Positions 39,738-49,043 of a stretch of DNA of 49,043 nt are shown in pieces (position 1 is the stretch's first letter; each line of letters begins with the position of its first letter). Location: the NCBI GenBank assembly GCA_964441745.1, contig CAYTYR010000016.1, positions 1-49,043 of the forward strand, given 5' to 3'. The notes beneath the pieces were generated by a model. That model worked only from the letters and a program-made list of their open reading frames with translations. It was not told where the DNA came from and did no database searches. Source of the DNA: an uncultured Clostridia bacterium (GTDB taxonomy: Bacteria > CAYTYR01 > UBA6262). The translations under genes were made by a program, and so were the position numbers.

Positions 39738-40514
39738 CTACTGGCCGAAATATCCCCGGCCCTGCCCGCCGTCAACCGGGATAATGCTGCCGGTGTTGAA
39801 AGAGGCTAACTCGGAAGATAGGAAGACCACAAAATTCGCGATTTCCTCCGGTCGGCCGAAACGACCTATCCTCTGCCTCTCGGTCAGGAATTTTTTTACA
39901 TGCCGGGGATTCTTCTTTAAAGTTACATCCCAATAGCCATTTTTTGTAAAAACGGCCCCCGGCAGAACGGCGGAAACAACTATTCCGTCAGGCGCGACGA
40001 CCCCGCCAAAACTCCTGGTATAGGCCGTTAAGGCGGCTTTAGATGCGCAATAAGTTACCGGACCATGATTTTCCATAGCCGAAATGGACGATATGTGAAT
40101 AAGCCGTCCCCATTGTTTCTTCTGCAGGTAAGGTACGACCAGGTTATTGATCTCCACTGCTGCTTCAAAATTCACCCGATAGACCCTCCTCCAGTCTTTC
40201 ACCGAACAAAAAGGATCCTTGATATCCAGCGTCCCCCCCAGATTATGGACCACGATATCCGGCAGCCCGAATCCTTTCTTTAACTTCTTCAAAAGCACTG
40301 TCGGCGACTCTTCCTTCTCCAAATCAAGAGCTATAGCCAAGTGGTCATTACCCGTGCCCGGCAGCTCCGCCAGCAGGTTTCGGAGGTCCTGCGGCGAACG
40401 GGAGACCGCGGCTACCCGCACCCCCTCCTTGGCTAAACCCAGGGCGACGGCGCGGCCGATGCCGCGGCTAGCCCCTGTTATTAAAGCTATCTTGCCGTGA
40501 ATACCAAGTTCCAT
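39738..40514 (-). CDS. Classical SDR oxidoreductase
   Basis: TGASRGIG, ISS, YCASK, PG, VDGG. Confidence 0.9.
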   Translation of the reverse strand: MELGIHGKIALITGASRGIGRAVALGLAKEGVRVAAVSRSPQDLRNLLAELPGTGNDHLAIALDLEKEESPTVLLKKLKKGFGLPDIVVHNLGGTLDIKDPFCSVKDWRRVYRVNFEAAVEINNLVVPYLQKKQWGRLIHISSISAMENHGPVTYCASKAALTAYTRSFGGVVAPDGIVVSAVLPGAVFTKNGYWDVTLKKNPRHVKKFLTERQRIGRFGRPEEIANFVVFLSSELASFNTGSIIPVDGGQGRGYFGQ

Positions 40515-40529
40515 TTTCCCTCCGTTATC

Positions 40530-41732
40530 TCAAATCACATGAAAAGGGTAAATTATATTTCTTGCCCGCGCGGACAGGAGCTTAGGCAGTATCGCCTGAG
40601 CATTATCTACTGCAGTTATCAGGACATTGGCCTGCCGCAACTCATCGCTGCTTAGCTTACTCGAATGTTTTATCTTTACGGGCAAATTAGCGTAATATTT
40701 TCCATCCTTGCTTAAATCGTCATCCAATATTGCTTTCAGAGAAGAGAAATTCGTGTTTAAATGGTAGCCCAGGACCGGCAACATCATGGCTGCGCCATAT
40801 CCGTAAATGCGCGAACCGGAAAACTCCCGCAGTAAGGATGCCGTGTTCTTCATCTGTTCCCGGAAAATCGATATTCTTTTTTCCAGTTCGTTTTTACTAA
40901 AGCCAAATTTAAATTTCCTTTTCTTCGGCCGGCATTTCCTGAAGGCGATTATCATCGCCCCCCAATCATGGTAGTTTTCCGACTGGCATATTATCTCGCC
41001 GCCCTGTTCGCGCACGAGATGTTCAAAAGAGGCCGGGCTAAAATACTGTAAGTGCTCATGAAATACCTGATCAAACCGGCATCTCTCCACCAGGGTCTCA
41101 AAAGACGGGGTCTCGAACACGAACAGCGTATCCTTATCGGCAAACTCCATTAATTTACTGATGGTGACCCGGGGATTGCATATATGCTCGATCGTATGTC
41201 GGCAGAAGATTATATCAGGTCGAGACCAGATATCTGTTTTAAAATCTACCTCTTCGATCGTCTTGCCTAAAACCCTTAGTCCGGCCGGCAGGTGTGAGGG
41301 ACTTTTTTGGCTCCAGATTGGATCTATGCCCAGACGCTTCTTTATAAAGGGGGCGCTTTCATTTAACAGATACAGATCATTACAGCCAACATCAATGCCG
41401 TAGCTTAAGGTCCGGCTCCCAATTACTGTTTTTAGGAACTTTAAGAAAAATTTTGTTCCTTCTTTAGCCTTATTGCTGGCCGAAGTGCGAAAAGTATATT
41501 TATCAAAGTCGTAAAGCACCGAAGGATTTATCTGGCGCCATAATTGCCCGTGTCCGCATTTTGGGCACCATAATAATTTCTGGTTTATGCCCTTAATACG
41601 AGCACCGGATTTTTTGCTTGAAAAGAGTCCGGTTAACGGCAAATTCGGCAGATCCATAATATCGCTAAGGTGGCTATAGCCACAAACGCTGCATACTTTT
41701 CTGCTATTAACCACCAAATCGTTTTTATTCAT
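40530..41732 (-). CDS. NDP-sugar C-methyltransferase-like protein (Zn-binding N-domain + SAM domain + C-terminal domain)
   Basis: CSVC..CPKC Zn ligands, DVGCND, HTIEH, FDQVFHEHLQYFS, YGA; ATG at 41732 after GGAG. Confidence 0.75.
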   Translation of the reverse strand: MNKNDLVVNSRKVCSVCGYSHLSDIMDLPNLPLTGLFSSKKSGARIKGINQKLLWCPKCGHGQLWRQINPSVLYDFDKYTFRTSASNKAKEGTKFFLKFLKTVIGSRTLSYGIDVGCNDLYLLNESAPFIKKRLGIDPIWSQKSPSHLPAGLRVLGKTIEEVDFKTDIWSRPDIIFCRHTIEHICNPRVTISKLMEFADKDTLFVFETPSFETLVERCRFDQVFHEHLQYFSPASFEHLVREQGGEIICQSENYHDWGAMIIAFRKCRPKKRKFKFGFSKNELEKRISIFREQMKNTASLLREFSGSRIYGYGAAMMLPVLGYHLNTNFSSLKAILDDDLSKDGKYYANLPVKIKHSSKLSSDELRQANVLITAVDNAQAILPKLLSARARNIIYPFHVI

Positions 41733-41771
41733 AAACCCTCTCCAAGACATGCGCTATTTTAAGTATGAGAA

Positions 41772-42830
41772 CTAGAACGGCCCGGTAAAAGTCGGGTCAG
41801 GGACATCCAGTCGTTGGCCCCGGCATATTCCCGCTTCCTCTTCGGTAATTTCCGCCAGTTTTAACATCTGCCGGGTCCTATTTACAATATTTATGGCCCG
41901 GGGGTAATAATGTTTTGCCAAAGCCGGGCTGGTAGGAGTGGGAATATCGGGAAAAGCAATGCGTACCGGAGCGCATTTAAGGGATGCAAGTAAATTACTG
42001 GCAACCAAGGCCATGATCTCCGCGCTTACGCCAAAGCTTTCCCAGGCGCCATCTACTACAATTAATCTCCCCGTCTTTCTCACCGAGCGCAGGATCATAT
42101 CCTGATCCAACGGTTTGATCGTCCGCAGATCAAGAACTTCGGCGCTGATGCCGTCTTTCTTTAACGCCTTAGCCGCCCTGATAGCTTCTAAAGTCATGTA
42201 GGACGAAGAAATTATGGTTATGTCCCGCCCTTTTTTTATGATCTTCGCCTGCCCTATCGGGATGCTGTATTTTCGTTGGGGGACATTTCCAAATACATTA
42301 TGCAGCCAGCGATGTTCGATAAAAATTACCGGATTATTATCTTCAACAGCCGCGATCAATAATCCCTTAGCGTCATAAGCCGTAGCCGGCATGACCACTT
42401 TTAGGCCGGGGATATGAGCGAAAAGAGCCTGCAGGCTTTGGGAATGCTGCGGTCCCTGTCCCCAACCGCGGCCAACCAGTAAGCGGATCACTAAAGGAAC
42501 GTTCATTTTCCCTCCAAACATATAATGCCATTTGGCCGCATTATTTATTATCTGGTCCAGTGACAAAAGCATAAAATCAACGCGTTGATGGGTCAGTATC
42601 GGCCGCATTCCTACTAGGGCGGAACCGATGGCTATACCGGTCATGCCATTTTCCGCCACGGGCATATCCAGGACCATCTTACTGCCGAATTTTTTCTCCA
42701 AGCCCAAAGTAGTCCCAAAAATGCCCTTAGGATCGGTAACACCCAGGCCCATTATATAAACCGCAGGGTCAGCCTCCAGACATTGCTCCGTGGCTTCCAG
42801 GATCGCCTTGGCATAACTAATTTGTCGCAT
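41772..42830 (-). CDS. ThDP-dependent dehydrogenase E1 beta subunit-like
   Basis: DMPVAEN, DQIINNAAK, GPQHSQ, PGLKVV, EH, DLRTIKPLD. Confidence 0.9.
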   Translation of the reverse strand: MRQISYAKAILEATEQCLEADPAVYIMGLGVTDPKGIFGTTLGLEKKFGSKMVLDMPVAENGMTGIAIGSALVGMRPILTHQRVDFMLLSLDQIINNAAKWHYMFGGKMNVPLVIRLLVGRGWGQGPQHSQSLQALFAHIPGLKVVMPATAYDAKGLLIAAVEDNNPVIFIEHRWLHNVFGNVPQRKYSIPIGQAKIIKKGRDITIISSSYMTLEAIRAAKALKKDGISAEVLDLRTIKPLDQDMILRSVRKTGRLIVVDGAWESFGVSAEIMALVASNLLASLKCAPVRIAFPDIPTPTSPALAKHYYPRAINIVNRTRQMLKLAEITEEEAGICRGQRLDVPDPTFTGPF

Positions 42831-43794
42831 AAACATCTCTCAACATTTCTTTACTTTCAGGAAAAGGACTTTCTTTGGCAAATTTAACCGCCGCGTTAAT
42901 ATCTTCCTGAATATCTTGTTTGAATTTCTCTATCTGCCTAAGGTTAAGAGCGCCGTTTTTTATCAATTTCTTTTCCAGCATATCAAGGGGGCATCTTTTT
43001 TTCCACTTTTGGAAGTCTTTTTCGGTCCGGTACCCCAAATCGTTGTCAAAATTCGGGCCGCAGTGTTCCCGCCAGCGGTAAGTTTCGAACTCCAGATAGT
43101 AAGGGCCATTCCCTTTGCGTATGTGCTCAATCGCTTTCCGGGCCAGATCGTATACTTCCAGTACATTATTCCCGTCGCCTTTGTCTCCTTTTATGCCCAG
43201 CGCCTTGACCAGGGCCAAATTATCCCTTTTCTTAGGCTGGCGGACGGATAAGGGGGAATAGACAGAGAAAAAGTTATTTTCGCAAACATACATCACTGGC
43301 AGTTTCTTCAGGGAAGCAAAATTCAGGCTTTCGACAAACACGCCCTCTTCAGTCGCAGCTTCGCCTAAAAAGACAGCGGTAATGTTGCTTTGACCTTGCA
43401 ACTTTGTGCCAAACGCGGCCCCGGTAGCAATAGGTATGATCCCAGCCACGATCGGGGTCGTGCCTAATATGCCTACTGACAGATCAACTAAGTGCATTGA
43501 GCCACCCTTCCCTTTGGAACATCCTGTGGCCTTGCCATATATTTCCGCTAATAAACTCTTCAGATCCCCACCCTTTGCCAAGTAATGACCATGGGACCGA
43601 TGATTACTTAAGAGATAGTCTTTTTTTATGAGATTGGCGCAAACCCCTACGGCAATCGCCTCCTGCCCAATACATAAATGGACTGGGCAGCGCATTTGCT
43701 GTTCCGCATAAAGGTCAGCTATCTTTTCCTCAACCAAGCGGATCCGCAACATGCTCTGATATAATGAAATAGCTGTGTTTTTGCCTGTTTTCAT
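42817..43794 (-). CDS. ThDP-dependent dehydrogenase E1 alpha subunit-like
   Basis: HLCIGQEA, HRSHGH, GKGGSMH, GEAATEEG..ENN, TYRWREH. Confidence 0.92.
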   Translation of the reverse strand: MKTGKNTAISLYQSMLRIRLVEEKIADLYAEQQMRCPVHLCIGQEAIAVGVCANLIKKDYLLSNHRSHGHYLAKGGDLKSLLAEIYGKATGCSKGKGGSMHLVDLSVGILGTTPIVAGIIPIATGAAFGTKLQGQSNITAVFLGEAATEEGVFVESLNFASLKKLPVMYVCENNFFSVYSPLSVRQPKKRDNLALVKALGIKGDKGDGNNVLEVYDLARKAIEHIRKGNGPYYLEFETYRWREHCGPNFDNDLGYRTEKDFQKWKKRCPLDMLEKKLIKNGALNLRQIEKFKQDIQEDINAAVKFAKESPFPESKEMLRDVYATN

Positions 43795-43797
43795 TGA

Positions 43798-44739
43798 TTA
43801 CTGCAACCTCAGGCTCTTCATGGTTTTGATATTGTACCATCTGTCTTCGTTCTTTAAATTACCGGCTTTAAATTCCCCGACGATTTCCTTGATCGCGTCA
43901 TCAACGCTGTATTGTTGCGTAAACCCGCTGGCCAGCAGTTTCTTGGAAGAGAGCCGATAGGAACGCGGATCGTTTGACGGGCTGACGATGATCTCTGCCG
44001 GCACATAGGTAACGATCTTCTTGGCTATATCCAGGATAGATATATTCTCAAAGCCGGCGTTATAGATTCCGGCTATTTTATCTCCACTTTTGAGCAAATA
44101 TAAATACACGGCTACCATGTCTCTGATATGTATATTTGGGCGCACCTGCTTTCCACCCAGTACGGTGATTTTGCCGTTAGCTAAAGCCTGGATAGTCAGC
44201 ATATTGACTGAAAGGTCAAGCCTCATTCTTGGAGAACAGCCGCAAACCGTAGCCGGCCTGACACACTGGATCAGTATTTTATCCTGATAACTCAGCAGTA
44301 CCCTTTCACTGATCATTTTTGTTTTATTATAGTCTGAAATTGGGACCAGAGAAAGTTCTTCGGTAACTTCCGGCTCGTCTTTGACCCCATAAACACTGCC
44401 GGAACTGGCATAAATGAATTGCTTCACTTTATGACTAATAGCTCGTTCTACCAAGCGCATAGTAGCTAAAACATTTACTTCCCAGCTAAGTTTAGAATCC
44501 AATTCGCTGCAGGGATCATTGGCCACATTAGCCAAATGAATAACCGCATCTACTCCGGACATTGGTATATTATCTATATTACGCACATCTTCCCGGATAA
44601 CTTTAAGATTTTTGTGTTCTTTAAGAAAATTACCAAACCACATTATATCCACTACGGTGACGTGATGGCCTTCATCCAGAAGAGTATTAGTCAGAACTGT
44701 GCCAACGTAACCGCATCCACCTAAAACAAGTATGTTCAT
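43798..44739 (-). CDS. NAD-dependent epimerase/dehydratase (extended SDR)
   Basis: GGCGYVG, HLA..NDP, ASSGSVYG, YNKTK, RPATVCG.SPRMRLDL. Confidence 0.88.
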   Translation of the reverse strand: MNILVLGGCGYVGTVLTNTLLDEGHHVTVVDIMWFGNFLKEHKNLKVIREDVRNIDNIPMSGVDAVIHLANVANDPCSELDSKLSWEVNVLATMRLVERAISHKVKQFIYASSGSVYGVKDEPEVTEELSLVPISDYNKTKMISERVLLSYQDKILIQCVRPATVCGCSPRMRLDLSVNMLTIQALANGKITVLGGKQVRPNIHIRDMVAVYLYLLKSGDKIAGIYNAGFENISILDIAKKIVTYVPAEIIVSPSNDPRSYRLSSKKLLASGFTQQYSVDDAIKEIVGEFKAGNLKNEDRWYNIKTMKSLRLQ

Positions 44740-44758
44740 ATGCCCTCTCTTTATGTGA

Positions 44759-46300
44759 TCAGAAACTAAGTAATGTCATTCCGCCCTTAAGAAACTTGTC
44801 CTTTTTAATAGAATCAGAATTACCAATAATACGAACTGCCTGGGCTCCGGCGAGTTGTCCCATAAAAGTAGCCAGATCTATCGGTAAATTACGAAATGCG
44901 GCTAATGACGCGACGGAGCAAAATGCATCTCCGGCGCCTACAGAGTCAACTACCGACTGCTCAAAAGGCATGCATTCACATTCCGGTTCCCCTTTTCTGA
45001 TGCCTATGGTATCGGTGGCGCCGCGGGTTAACCAGCTATAACGAGCGGAAAATTTATTTTGTAACTTTTTTAGTTCCCTAGCAAAATCTATATCCCGCCG
45101 ACCGCAAGCCAAAGTCAATTCTGTCTCATCCAAGGAGAATGAATCTGCGCGGCAGTAACGTTTGTCGATTAAATTAAAACCATGATTATAACTATTGGTC
45201 TGGCAATTCAAGGCTAGAAACGGCGCTTTCTTCTGGACCAGCCCGCGGATTTTATCCTGCATAAGTCCATGCCCAAAATCCATCACCATGACTAAATCAT
45301 AGTCTTGTATGCAATTATTTATCAGGTTGTAAAGTATATTTTGATTTTTTTCGCTTAAAGGCCGTTCTTCTATTACATTAATCGCGAACAACTTTGATAA
45401 TTCTTTCCCCTCCGAAAGAGGTTCGACAAAGCGCTGTTTGATAATAGTGGTAAAATCCGGACTGCGTATTATCTCATCTTCTTCAGGTTTTATGTATTTG
45501 GCTAAAGCCGGCCCCACCCACTCCTCGGTACCTACCAGGCTGATAAGTTTAGTGTTCGCGGAGAATTGTTTTACATGGCGGAAAACTGCCAAGGCGCCGC
45601 CAGCCTGGGTTTCTTCGGACAAAAACCTTGTAGAAATTATACGGTTTTTGGAGGTCAGACCTTGTACTTTAACCGCAGAATACCGGTCAAAGATTATATC
45701 ACCAATGATTAAAACTTTCAGGTCCTGGAAACTATCTACTATTTCCCGGAACCGGTTCGGGGTATATTTGGCTGCCAGTTTTTTACAGAATTCTTTCATA
45801 GCCGGTGGGTGGACATCAAAATTGTTATTAAGCAGTTTGGTTGAGCTAAAGACGACTGAACCAACATACTGCACCCGGCCACCTAACCGTTTTACGGTCC
45901 GGATGTCATCGTGAATATTACCAGTCACGTCAACCTGCGGATTTTCATACTCTTTACCTTTGCAGTAAATATGCGGCCGAACACATTCTATAGCTTCGCG
46001 GGCAGCAGGGAAAGGGACTACTACCACATAATCAATATACTCTAAAGAAGATAAATACTTAACCCTAAGCTGGTCGTTAAAATACGGCCGGCCAGGGCCT
46101 TTATTAACATTTTTCTCAGCTGTAATGGTAACAACTAAGATATCTCCCAGGGCCTTTGCTTCTTCAAAATGAACAATATGGCCGGGGTGAAGAAGATCAA
46201 AAGTCCCATGACACTGGACAATTATTTTACCTTCTTTCTTGAGCTTGGCAAAAAATCGGCTAGCTTTATGAAAAGGAAGGCATTTCTTATCAGCAAGCAT
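44759..46300 (-). CDS. Bifunctional nucleotidyltransferase-PfkB sugar kinase (HldE-like, reversed domain order)
   Basis: N-terminal HGTFDLLHPGH..KGPGRP..KGKEY..SST; C-terminal IIGDIIFD, DFGHG, DSVGAGDAF. Confidence 0.88.
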   Translation of the reverse strand: MLADKKCLPFHKASRFFAKLKKEGKIIVQCHGTFDLLHPGHIVHFEEAKALGDILVVTITAEKNVNKGPGRPYFNDQLRVKYLSSLEYIDYVVVVPFPAAREAIECVRPHIYCKGKEYENPQVDVTGNIHDDIRTVKRLGGRVQYVGSVVFSSTKLLNNNFDVHPPAMKEFCKKLAAKYTPNRFREIVDSFQDLKVLIIGDIIFDRYSAVKVQGLTSKNRIISTRFLSEETQAGGALAVFRHVKQFSANTKLISLVGTEEWVGPALAKYIKPEEDEIIRSPDFTTIIKQRFVEPLSEGKELSKLFAINVIEERPLSEKNQNILYNLINNCIQDYDLVMVMDFGHGLMQDKIRGLVQKKAPFLALNCQTNSYNHGFNLIDKRYCRADSFSLDETELTLACGRRDIDFARELKKLQNKFSARYSWLTRGATDTIGIRKGEPECECMPFEQSVVDSVGAGDAFCSVASLAAFRNLPIDLATFMGQLAGAQAVRIIGNSDSIKKDKFLKGGMTLLSF

Positions 46301-46317
46301 TTTTATTCCCTTTTTCT

Positions 46318-47328
46318 TTATTTTTTATGGATATATTCACTTGGCTGCTTTTGTAACTCTTTTAAATTATCATTTACCCAACCTATGGTTTCCTGTATGC
46401 CATTTTCCAACTTAATACAATCTGCCCAGCCTAATTCATGGCGCAGCTTACTGCTATCCAGCAGATACGCCGCGTCTTTGCCCGGACGTTCATCTACTAT
46501 TTCCACGGCTCTCAGGAAGTCTGTACCCATCATTTTACAGATCATTTCCACAAGCTCCCTAATAGAGACATATCTGTCAGTAGATATATGATAAGCTTCT
46601 CCCTCATGGCCTGCTTGTGCGATCTTTAGCGTTGCTGCTGCCACATCACGAATGTGAATAAAGGAACGGACTGAATGCCCTCCGCCATGCAATTGGAGCT
46701 TCTGGCCAGATTTTATAAAAAGGATAGTTCGAGGTATTATCCTATAGAGTTGTTGCCCCGGCCCGTAGACATTAGCTGCGCGCGTAAAAACCACCGGAAA
46801 TTTGTAATGATTAAAGAATGTCTTCAGGTGTAAATCGCAGGCTGCCCTGGAAGCAGCGTAAGGCGTGCTTGGATTAAATGGCGTTGCTTCGGTTACCTTG
46901 CCGATACAATTACCATATACTTCCGGAGTTGAAACATGGACATATTTCTTGATGAAATTGAAGCTTCTTATTTTATCATGAAGCTTCACATTGCCAACGA
47001 CATTAGTCTGATACCAATGCTCTGGATAATCCCAGCTCTGGGCGACCATAGCCTGCGCGGCAAAATTTACAATATAATTCGGCTGGAACTTCTGAATACT
47101 ACCGGCTATTTTATCTGTATCATGGTTGAGATCAAGCTTTTCAAACCGGAATGACCCCGACTTATTTACATTATTCCATTTATAGGGCAAAAAGACACCA
47201 GCCGGCTCAGGAGAACGACTAAAGCCCAGTAATTCCATCCCCAGGGAAAGACAGTAGGCGACGAAACTGGCCCCGGAAAAAGAATTGCTGCCTATTACGG
47301 CTATTTTTTCGCGAGTCTCTACCATCAA
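46318..47328 (-). CDS. RmlB-like NDP-sugar dehydratase/epimerase with divergent motifs
   Basis: GSNSFSG, NFAAQ, HVSTPEVYG, PYAASR, NVYGPGQ..IIP, RSFIH, RPGKD..Y. Confidence 0.82.
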   Translation of the reverse strand: MMVETREKIAVIGSNSFSGASFVAYCLSLGMELLGFSRSPEPAGVFLPYKWNNVNKSGSFRFEKLDLNHDTDKIAGSIQKFQPNYIVNFAAQAMVAQSWDYPEHWYQTNVVGNVKLHDKIRSFNFIKKYVHVSTPEVYGNCIGKVTEATPFNPSTPYAASRAACDLHLKTFFNHYKFPVVFTRAANVYGPGQQLYRIIPRTILFIKSGQKLQLHGGGHSVRSFIHIRDVAAATLKIAQAGHEGEAYHISTDRYVSIRELVEMICKMMGTDFLRAVEIVDERPGKDAAYLLDSSKLRHELGWADCIKLENGIQETIGWVNDNLKELQKQPSEYIHKK

Positions 47329-47882
47329 AACTTACCTTCCTTAAGCCATTGCATCAACATATGCCCAACCATTAATTGTAAATCTTCCGCTATTTGCATA
47401 TCATTGATCGGAAAATGAATGGGAATATCAACCAAGTTTAAACATTTACCGCCATTAAAACCTAAAATTGCGCAGGTTGAAACACCTTTTTTCCTGGCGG
47501 TTTTAATTGCTTTCAAAATATTTGGAGAGTTACCGCTTCCCGAGAGAGCAATAAGGATATCACCTTCCCTGCCTAATTGTTCCAATTGAAATGAGAAAAC
47601 GTTCTCATATCCAGTATCATTAGCTAAACAAGTTAAAACCGCCTGATTTGCCGGTAAGGCTGTAACTCTGATCCCCTTACCTTTTAATCGCAGATATAAT
47701 AAATCATTTGCTATATGGATCGCATTGGCGGCGCTCCCACCGTTACCACACAAAAATATATGTCTATCTTCTTTCTGAACAAGAAGAATTTTCTGAGCAA
47801 GCTGGGCTACCGGTGCCCAATTAAAAGATTTAATACAATTAATTAAACGCTCCTGATAATTTTTAATAAATTCTTTTGGCAT
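47325..47882 (-). CDS. gmhA: SIS-domain phosphoheptose isomerase (GmhA-like)
   Basis: CGNGGSAANA.H, TCLAND.GY..VF, SGSGNSPN, QIAED..H. Confidence 0.82.
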   Translation of the reverse strand: MPKEFIKNYQERLINCIKSFNWAPVAQLAQKILLVQKEDRHIFLCGNGGSAANAIHIANDLLYLRLKGKGIRVTALPANQAVLTCLANDTGYENVFSFQLEQLGREGDILIALSGSGNSPNILKAIKTARKKGVSTCAILGFNGGKCLNLVDIPIHFPINDMQIAEDLQLMVGHMLMQWLKEGKF

Positions 47883-47886
47883 ATAG

Positions 47887-48873
<987 letters not shown>

Positions 48874-48975
48874 CTAAATACTCAATGACATCTTTTATAG
48901 CTTGTTTTAGCCTTTGGATAACCTAAGTAAGTAAGCCAAAAGTGCTATTGATAATTTGATGCTAAAATTGTAGAT

Positions 48976-49006
48976 ATTATAATCAAAATCACAGCTGTCC
49001 GGTAAA
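48976..49006 (-). promoter_or_regulatory. Candidate cluster promoter: TATAAT just inside the repeat, possible -35 within the repeat
   Basis: Minus-strand TATAAT at 48981..48976; TTTACC at 49006..49001 (19-bp spacer, suboptimal). Confidence 0.3.
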
Positions 49007-49043
49007 ACTTTAGGAGTAGGCAAAGTTCATAGTTAACTGCTGA
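48989..49043 (-). repeat. Right copy of perfect 55-bp terminal inverted repeat
   Basis: Exact reverse complement of 1..55. Confidence 0.97.

Noticed and set aside
41772-43794. Housekeeping pyruvate/acetoin dehydrogenase (pdhA/pdhB)
   Set aside because: No E2/E3 or lipoyl-domain gene is adjacent and the pair sits among nucleotide-sugar genes, so gene symbols were withheld.
44759-47882. Standard LPS inner-core ADP-heptose locus (gmhA-hldE-gmhB-hldD-waaC/F)
   Set aside because: gmhB, hldD and canonical waaC/waaF are not recognisable and the HldE-like domains are reversed.

Overview
The window is a single, entirely minus-strand, tightly coupled run of about 50 genes for bacterial surface-glycan (O-antigen/LPS- or S-layer-glycan-type) biosynthesis. 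In transcription order (right to left) it has four parts. (1) An unusual nucleotide-sugar block: fcl-like reductase, GmhA-like SIS isomerase, divergent RmlB-like SDR, domain-swapped HldE-like nucleotidyltransferase-kinase, E1 alpha/beta ThDP pair, C-methyltransferase-like protein, split transketolase, several SDRs and a Zn-ADH. (2) A Wzx-like flippase, two divergent GT9-like paralogues and a GC-rich neuB-neuA-VOC-methyltransferase-radical SAM module with a candidate ulosonate transferase. (3) A tailoring/GT block with many methyltransferases, a B12 radical SAM enzyme, an aminotransferase, a cupin and an AT-rich EpsG/Wzy. (4) An initiation/ligation block: WbpV/WbpM/WbpL-like genes, GT4s and two O-antigen-ligase-family proteins. 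The first and last 55 bases are a perfect inverted repeat, so the whole cluster is bracketed by inverted copies of one sequence. This fits IS ends, an invertible segment or a k=55 assembly boundary. I recognised no transposase, recombinase, RNA gene or CRISPR array. All product calls come from motif recognition by eye; no database searches were run.
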